A stretch of DNA of 64,000 bases from Hormiphora californensis (Eukaryota; Animalia; Ctenophora): the NCBI GenBank assembly GCA_020137815.1, contig CM035362.1, forward strand, positions 1,612,001-1,676,000, read 5' to 3'. Positions 54,891-64,000 of the stretch are shown in pieces. The translations under genes were made by a program, and so were the position numbers. The notes below the pieces were generated by a model. It saw nothing but the letters and a program-made list of their open reading frames with translations. It did not search any database and had not been told where the DNA came from. How positions within the stretch are numbered: the stretch's first letter is position 1; each line of letters starts with the position of its first letter.

Positions 54891-57800
54891 TCTCTTTTTC
54901 TATTCTGTAATTTAGCCTTGGCCTTATCCCTGGTGGTTTACGATGCTTTCCACAGTATAGTGTAAGATGCATCATATAACGATTTCATTTGTCTCTATCT
55001 CTCTCTATCTCTCTATCTCTCTATTTCTCTCCCTCTCTCTTTCTCTCTCTTTTATTTGGTAAGCGACTCGTTCACGTTTTCTATTCGATAATGGGTTGAT
55101 AACTTACACACACACTAGCTTGTATCCTTTGTAAAAATGCAGTTCTACGCAACAGAACAAATGTAATTGACTCCTAATTTGTCACCAAGTGAAGATTCAA
55201 AATTATTCGGTTCTTTGCCCCAAATAATGATAAACAGTTTTAGGTAATTGTAGTTGATGAAAGTTTGAAACTTATGTGTCACTCTAAACTTGATCAGAAG
55301 AACTATGGAAATTGACTACACCTTGTAAGTGTTACATTTAGTGGTTCACTTTTTCAATCACCCATCTACTTTAGGTCCCATTTCACTCTCCCTAGAACGG
55401 TTGTTTTCACCCTTGATCCTCTCTCAGTTTTAAGTACACCCTTTGTTGTTTTTACTGCTTCTCTCTCAGTTTGTACGGACCCCTCTCTCAGTTTGTACCC
55501 CCTTCTCTCTCAGTTTGTACGGACCCCTGAATGATCCCCCTTCTCTCTCAGTGTTTAGTGTTTATCCCCCTTCTCTCTCAGTTTGTACGGACCCCGGAAT
55601 GGTTTCGCCCACCACTATGGCCGGGGGAGTTTGGAGCAGAGGGCCAGTATGACGTCATATACAGTTCCCATGGACAACCTTTACAGTGGGGATGATTTTA
55701 AGGGGATCATGGAGCGGTACTACTTTGATAAAAGGTGAGATTGATATAGACACATATTCGGACCCCGATTTACCGGGCCTCGATACACATTCGGACCCCG
55801 ATTTACCGGGAAAAAGCGTTTCCAACAAGCATCCCAGAAAATCAGGGTCTGACTGTAATTGGTAGTGAAGGATTGGTAGATCAATATAAAGTACCTAGAT
55901 GATAAATGTGACAATAAGTACCTAGAAGTTGTAAATTGTAAAACTTTCCATGTCATGTGGGTGGGTCTGTCAAGTGGGTGTTGAAAAGGAGAGAGAGTTC
56001 ACGATTCCATAACTTGATTTTAACGATATACGACATGGTACTAACTCATAAATCCAGTTCTGCTAATTACTAAACCGAAAATTCAATACTATACGACACA
56101 CAGTTTTGTCAATTTGTTTTAGACTACATAAACCACATTACCACAACAGTTTTGGTTTATGTAGTGATCCAGTTGTGGCACAACTGGGTCACTTTCCACC
56201 AACTTAATCTAACTTTTGAAGAAGGTGGTATAGAGATTGGCGAGGTAGTGTATAAATCGTTGTTTCCATTGTTCATACACAACTGCAGCAGGTGTGAACA
56301 ATGGGAACAACGATTAATCTAACTTGTTTCATGTATTCAATGTACCCAGAATCATTAGATCTCGAATATCTCCCCACATGATATTCTGTATACTTAGCTA
56401 TAATCTATCACTCTAACACTGATAACTCTGCAGCTGCAGTGCAGCACTATACCACCACACAAATATAGATCTCCCCTCTCTGCTAGCTAATTCCCTCTAA
56501 ATCCAGTTAGTGGATCCATCTACTGTTCACGTTCCAGATCTATTAACATATCTCTCTCTACAGCTTCTCCTGATCATTGTCATGATGATTATATGACGTC
56601 ATCTTGATTCTAGTTATACTCGGAGCTGGTATCCCTGGCAATAATATACCTTCTCATCTTGATTTTAGTTGGCTGGTATCCTTGGGGTAAATGATATTGT
56701 TTCTGTATTCATTTGAACGTTGAAAATCAATATACTTTCTCAATCGACTCGATCAACCTAGTTCTGTGAGACTGTGTGTACACCTTGCGGGGAGCTTACA
56801 TAAAGGGATCTAGCTACATAGGAAGGGAAACGATACTGACGTAACCATTTGAATTGTTTCCCTAATTGTTTTTCGCTCTTGGGTTGAGCACTCTCGGTGG
56901 GAGGCGTCTCCTGGGGGGGGGGGGGGGCGTCTTCTACATGGATCTAGCTATATAGGAAGGCATGTACGTGTGTGATGTGTTCAATGTTCATTGAAGGCCC
57001 ATTTCTAGTATCCGGGTGCATTAATGTCTTTCTACTCTTTTCTATTTTTCTACTTATTCTATAGAATATATTTCTCCCTCTGTGATCTCTCTCTCTCTCT
57101 CTCCTTCCCCTTCCCCTCTCCCCTCCTTCTTCTCTCCTGTCCCCCTTCCTCTTCCTCCTCCCTCCTCTCCTCCCCTCTTCTCCTTTTCCCCTTTTCCCCC
57201 CTCTCTTTTCTCTGAGGAGAGAGAGAGAGGAGAAAAGAAAAAGAGAAAGGAAAAAAGGAAAAATGTGATCGATAAACACGTCATTTTAGTTGGTTTTGTC
57301 ATTTTATTTGTTCCAACCGCCCGTTTCTCTTCAACCCAAAAAGAAAACACAAAATTGTTTGCCATCACAATTATGAGATTTGGCCCATATTAGAAGACGT
57401 TACTAACTACTGTATTATCACCACGCCCAACATGAAAACCCTTACATCATCTCATATTGCCTGATATATTGGTTTATAGTGTGCCAAAATTACGAAAAAC
57501 CCCATTTCATATAAGACAGACATGACAGAGAGAGTTTGTGTGGCGTGTTTGCGGTTTGTGAGCACACATTTCGGGCATTTCAATTTCTTAGACCATACAC
57601 AATACACCTTCTCCCCCACTCTCCAACGAGCACTGCCTGCTTATCAAAGAGCTCAGAATTGATTTATGGTAATTGGATGTGACCACTAAAAACGCACTTA
57701 GGGAGTTTTTTGAGTGTATAAGAAGCTTCAATTCAGGCAATAAATTACGCGTGTGTGTGCTTCGTTTGTCGAATATTATATTGTCCTGCTAAAGTGACAT

Positions 57801-58424
57801 TAATTATTATCTGCTTTTTTCACTTTCCAGCTTGTACAGCTTCGGACCCCGATTTACCGGAACCTCGATTTACCGGAACCCCAATTTACCGGAACCCCGA
57901 TTTACCGGAACACCGATTTGCCGAGAGAGAATTTAAACTTCCCCCGATTTATCAGAAATTAACAGTACTTGACCCCGATATATACCGGGCAAAACCCTTT
58001 CCCAATAAATCGGCGTCCGAAGCTGTTTCGGGCAAAACATCCTTGATCCCGAACATCCCGGTAAATCGGGGTCCAACTGCCCGCGCTGTCTGTGTGAGTG
58101 TACCTCCCCCCTTGCTAGTAGTGGTGGTGGTGCAAAGGTAATTAACCTACCCACTACTATATTCGCACTACTGCTGCTGCTGCTCCAACACAGCTTGTAC
58201 TTTCACCCTCTACTACTGTCTCTCTCTCTTCTTTGAGCTGCTACTGTTAAATTACTACTGTCTTTCTATCTCTCTTTTGACAAAAAGCAGTTTTAATTTT
58301 TGTTTCAGCCCGTTAGGTGTTACTTCAACGTCGACAACGTTGAATGATAGATGTATAACTATAGGCTACGTTTACATTTTACAAGTAGCCGTACTAGGAT
58401 CAAGCGCCGATAAAGCTATACTAG

Positions 58425-58478
<54 letters not shown>

Positions 58479-58677
58479 CTCTATCGATCTCTATCCTCTC
58501 TAGCTAGCGAGTCATATCTATCGATATCTCTCTCTACTCCCTCTCTCTCTCTCTCCCTCTCTCTGTATTTATGGTCTTCGATTACTACACTTATACCCAT
58601 GTTAACGATACGCAGCCTAATCTCCCTCTCATGTATCTGTCTCTCAAACGGTATTATAGACGACAACATCAGTCAAT

Positions 58678-58795
<118 letters not shown>

Positions 58796-59180
58796 AGATA
58801 AGTGGTAGCTGCAATTGTTATACAGCAACTAATAACTATCTACTCATATAATACTCCCCCAACTGCAACTTGTACTACACGCGCCATCTGGTGCAGGCAA
58901 GAAGGGACTTTTAAAGGAATTGATTAGTAATGATATTGATTCTTCATATAATAGATGTAATGATATTTTGAATTATTTATCTCCATTACAATTATTAGCT
59001 AGTATCCTAACATGTATGTGACTGCAGCTGCAGCGGGAAATATAATCCATTCTGACACTAGTTCTGACATATTGAATATTATATAGCAGCACAGCCCATA
59101 AAGGCCTGTCAGACGTACGCTCTACCTGTATTTTCTCTCACTCTCTCACTCTCTCACTCTCTCTCTCTCTCTCTCCTTCT

Positions 59181-59217
<37 letters not shown>

Positions 59218-60909
59218 CTTTTTCATCTTTAGTTTTTAAGGTTTCCGTAGCCTAGACTTATGCAATAATATGCTGACCTGAATGACACATTGCAGTTTGC
59301 TGACATGACTATAGAAAATCAAACATATTAGGTTTACTTCCGTTTCCACAACTACTTTTTCACATCCTTATTACCCCATCCTCCCTCTCTCGTTACCTCT
59401 CGTTCTTTCCCTCCTTCTCTCTGTCTGTCTGTTTGTCTCTTATCACATTCTCGCCCTCTCACTTCTCTCACTTCTCACATATTGCTGCATGCCGGTATAG
59501 TCATTCATCGGTAAGAAAATAGGCATACTTTAGTTTTCCATAGTTACGCTCCAGTTGCAGATTGGAAACTAGCACCAGGATTGGAAACTAGCACCAGGAG
59601 TTAGCTGGGAGAATCCTTATGAACCATGCTGCGCGCGACATCTTCGATGACTAGCAGGGATTTCGATGTGAATTGCATTGAAAGTAGCGCGCGCGACAGT
59701 GTCAGCAGTGTCAGCAGTTCTCTGGCACCAAGAACCTGGCTCTAGTAGTAAAATCTCTAACTGCAGCCTTACTTGTCATACATAACTTGGCCTAAAATAT
59801 GCTGAAATTGGCTCTCATATTATATAGTGCATTGTACCCACTTGATTTACAGTAAACACAAGACATCATGATTATAAATCTTAAGATCCAACGTTGGACA
59901 CTGCCTAGATCTAAAGCAGTATACCCACTTATATACTCTAGTTGTCTATAGTTTAACTACTAACACATTGGTAACAGCCTTCTACTTAGAAAACAGCTGA
60001 GAGAATTATTTATTTGTCTCCATGACTGTATTATAGTGTTGAGAGATTGAAAGGTGTTAAACCCATTATATGCTATGTTTGTGCAAATTGTTACACTTAA
60101 TTTTTCTGAAGAGCTACGCTTCCGTGACAGCTATAATAATGTACAGGCTAAATAGTAGATTCCATATGCGTGTTTGAGCATTCATTAAAATTTGATATCA
60201 CTTGAGGTCCCAACAAGGCTGCATGTCTATAATAACTTCAGCCCAAAAATACACAAAGTATAAACCCGCCATCCCCCACGCCCTAAACCCGCCGCCACCC
60301 AAAAGAAGGTCGACACGCCCATACAGAGTGTTACTATAAATAGAACCCCGCCACACACATTTTGGTGGATCCATACAACTTGATTCGTTTTGCTGCGAGG
60401 TGGTGTTATACACACTGACAACAACAAGAATTGCTTTTTTACACGGCTTTGATATGTATGTAACTCCTTCTATAACATGTTCTATCGATAGCCGAAAGCA
60501 ATTCTATAGAATTGTTTTCGACCGTTTAATCTGTATCTCCTAGTGGTAAGCTGGTATATTTCCACTTACTTCCAATATATTTCCAATTCCAGCAATTTAC
60601 AACTTTTGGCCACTATAACAATGTCTCATTTGCAACACTTTTGATTAGTTATTTCTTATTAGCTCATCATGGCCATTTGATATTTGAAATGTACCTTTAA
60701 ATTTCCTCAAGCCGATAAAGACTGTAACAGCTTATTTAGTTACTTTTGATCCCTCTATCCTTCAAATATTCGTTTGAACCCCTTCTAATTATCATATAAT
60801 TATCATCTAATTATCATTCTAATCTCCCAAATTGTAAAGCTCTGTACTGCATGTCCATCAGAAGAGGCTCACACCCGGACCCACTCTCCTGACAACACAT
60901 ATCCATTTG

Positions 60910-63900
60910 ATGATCTCCTCGGAGAGAAATAGGGGTACTAGGTAAATAGATATGAGTATTGGGGGCACTAATCTTCAGAGAGAAATAGGGGTACTAGGTA
61001 AACAGATATGAGCAGTAGGGGTACTGTGATTTGGGTTCTAAATTATAGGTGGGGTTATATATGTAGACGTTGATATTATACATACAGTAAACTCTGTATG
61101 CGAAATATACATAGCGAAATTGGTATATTTAGGAAACGAAAACCGACAATCGCTTTTGATAACATTAAAATAATACTGAGAGGTGTTACTTCAAGTCTGA
61201 TTTCAAATTTGATTAAAAGTTGTCAGTTAGCAATCCCCAAATAAAAAGTTGAAAATACAAGATTTCAGATTAAGTATTCAATCTGCTAATTAGCCGCCAA
61301 ATCGCGTACACAACTAGATCTACTACGAATCTGCTAGGGTGAGATAACAAATCTAACCCCTGCTTTTCATACAGAGATAACAACAGAAATAACAATTCTA
61401 ACCTCCTTTCAGACAGAGGCCGGGAGCTGTTCAGAGGTTTTATGCTACTGTTACTAGAAAGAAACCGACTGGTAAGAGAACGTTATAAATGTGAAAGTGT
61501 ATTCACGACTCACATATCGTCATTCGCTACTCCTACATCGTCTCTCTGAGATCAGAGACTTATAAATTGGCCAACATGTCGAACCGGCCGGTCTCTCAAT
61601 CTGTATTTCTGTTGTCTGCCTGTCTCTCTTCCCCTCTCTCTAATGATATGTCTCCTTCAGGGTACCATCACAGTTCATATCGGGATGATATCTACGGGTC
61701 TAATGCGGGACGAAGGGGATCTCGGTCGTTACTTGAACTCATTACCACGGGTGAGTGTGTATGTCTATAGTCCCATTAATTTGAGGTTTGAGTACCTAAC
61801 CGACGATGAATCAAGAATCGATTGGTCCAGAGCTATACTCAAAAACAACCCATCACAAAATAATGTCTTCTCTAGGTTTGAGTAACACAATCGGATCAGC
61901 GTTGTATATTCTAACTGGCTTTGTTATCCACCACAAAACTGGACCTTCAATCATTGTATCTTATCTTATTGCTGCCCTATCTAGCGTTTTTGCTGCACTA
62001 ACCTACAGGTCAGTGAAAGAATTCGAGTGAGTTAGATCCAATTGAAAAAGTGAAAATTTACCAACCATTTGAAATATCTCCTGGGATGCTGAAAATGTGT
62101 GAGTGAGAGTCAATGTATTCTTTCCAGTGAGCTAGTTAACCATATCAACTCTACGGGGAGTGACTACCACTACAGCTATACAACTATGGGGGAGTTGTAC
62201 GGATTTCTAGTGGGGTAAGTCCGATTAATAACACTTCTTTTCATCTTGAAATGATCAGACCCATGGTCATACGCAGATCTATCACTAGTTACTACTATAG
62301 TTACCACTGGTTACCATTAGTTATCTACTTTACATTCCTCCATACAGATGGAATATGATCCTAGAGTACTGTGTAGACGTGGCTTCTGTCAGTAAGGCCC
62401 TTACCGCTCATGTGGATAAGATATGGTTTTCAAGCAAGGTAAGTTAAGCGGGGCACGCGAAACACAGTCTAGCTAGACAATAAGTTAGATGGTACAAAAC
62501 CCCTAGAACACATTTAATTGGTTTTTCAAAGAAATGGACATCCCCTCCAGTTGATCTATGATTTTGCAACGCAAATGTATACCGAAACTAATTTGTAAAT
62601 CTTGTAAAAATCTTGTAAATCCTGTAAAACCACTTTCAGGTAAAAGCCTGGCAGGAGAGCGTAGCCACCATCCCCTCTGAGTACTTCAGCGAATACGTGG
62701 ACTTCCTCAGCATTGCATTCTGTTTTATCCTCACAATGATCATTGCAATGGGCGGGAAGTTCTCCAGCGTGGTCAACAACTTCTTCACCTGTTTCAACCT
62801 CGTCTGCTATGTCAGTATCATTGTCTTTGGGTCATTCTCATGTGATATTGCATATTGGTACATGAAGAAAGATACGGGGAACAGTTCGGATCAGAGCCAT
62901 GAGTCTCTCTACTTTGATCGTACCAGCCCCTACCATCTGGAGCCGGATGATGGGGATGGGGACAAGGTGGGTTTCATGCCGTATGGGTTTACGGGCACCC
63001 TACAGGGTGCTGGGAGTTGTATATTCGCCTTCGCTGGGTTCAAGGCCGTCTTTTATGAGAGGGATAGGTCCAGTGCTAATCCGAAGAAAAATATTCCCTT
63101 GGCATCACTGACGACACTCTTTGTTTCTGCAGCACTATACGTTGGTAAGTGATTGGTGAATCGTTATTAATTTACTGAATCTTGAATCTTCATTCTTCTT
63201 GAATAGAATAGGGGTTTGAAGATTTTCAAGGGACCCTCACACATTTTGAGAGACCATAACAAGTACATTGTCTTCTCCAGGAGTGAGTTTCACGATATCT
63301 TGTATGATTCCAAGTTGGAAGATTGACACAGCTGCACCGATATTCAGTGCTTTTGGAGAACACAATTTGGAACCCCTCAAGAAACTTCTGGCCATCGGAG
63401 CCATTGCAGGTATACATGTACCATTTACTTTATGTACCCGTCCGTTTCATGTAGGAGAAAACTAAGTTCCTCGCTAATTATTGAACTGTGTAGCGCGGAC
63501 ATAGTTTCAGGCGACTCAAACTGGTTATACGGCTAATTAATATCCTTCAATGGCATTGTTAGTTCGATAAAATTGTTTGCCAACTTTGGTGGTTTCGTCA
63601 CAAAGCAGCAGGGTGTGGTGGTAGAGTTAGTGCAGGCTGTTTTAATGAACTACTGGCGCTTTTGTTGCCAAATGATAATGGCTGATAGAACAGCTGGGGG
63701 CGTGGTAACTGGAAAACTAACAAAAATTAGAAATACAGGGGGACAGTAAATTATCGTATACTTTAGGATGTGCCAGTTCAATCTCGGAATCGGTCGAAGT
63801 ATGGCAATTATTTTATCTTAGTAAATTTTTAATACCAACGGTAGCTTTAAGAGTTTAAGAAACAATTTTTCGCCAAGATCAACCGACCATCCCTGTTCAG

Positions 63901-64000
63901 GTCTGGTACAAGCGTCAGTTTATAAGTTTCTACCCCTTCCACCCCTACTAACTGACATGTCTGACGACGGGCTACTCTTCAAGTTCCTGGGGGAGGTGGA
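60910..64000 (+). CDS. Cationic amino acid transporter-like (SLC7A1-4/14 group, APC family); 3' end outside the window
   Basis: Exon chain gives 'VTRKKP', 'LLELITTGLSNTIGSALYILTG...TGPSIIVSYLIAALSSVFAALTYSEL', 'GSDYHYSYTTMGELYGFLVGWNMILEY', 'GFMPYGFTGTLQGAGSCIFAFAGFK', 'NPKKNIP' and 'MSDDGLLF'. The start ATG at 60910 is inferred from splice phase. Confidence 0.85.

Overview
Eukaryotic (animal) genomic DNA with short GT-AG introns, many (GA/CT)n microsatellites and one 100-N assembly gap at 39629-39728. The compact introns, divergent proteins and antisense nested genes resemble a ctenophore-type genome, but that assignment is inference only. Genes read by hand from exon chains: an adhesion GPCR (+, 1-4549); the first three exons of dynactin p50/DCTN2 (-, 4778-5489); a TPR + C-terminal MYND finger protein (-, 8343-19739); one or two unrecognised + strand genes (21443-27232); the 3' part of VPS13B (-, 30586-51913); a class A GPCR (+, 43616-45537); and a cationic amino acid transporter-like SLC7 gene (+, 60910 to beyond the window). 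The class A GPCR lies antisense inside a VPS13B intron, and the adhesion GPCR and SLC7 gene probably lie inside DCTN2 and VPS13B introns. Mobile DNA is dense: a 5'-truncated L2/CR1-group LINE, a non-autonomous Helitron, many MITEs, three ~1.3-kb almost fully palindromic elements with termini of three different transposon superfamilies, and a 5-kb nested stack that includes a ~360-bp element with a Pol III tRNA-like unit between 38-bp direct repeats. Tandem duplications that copy splice junctions recur throughout. All calls are from manual reading without database searches.
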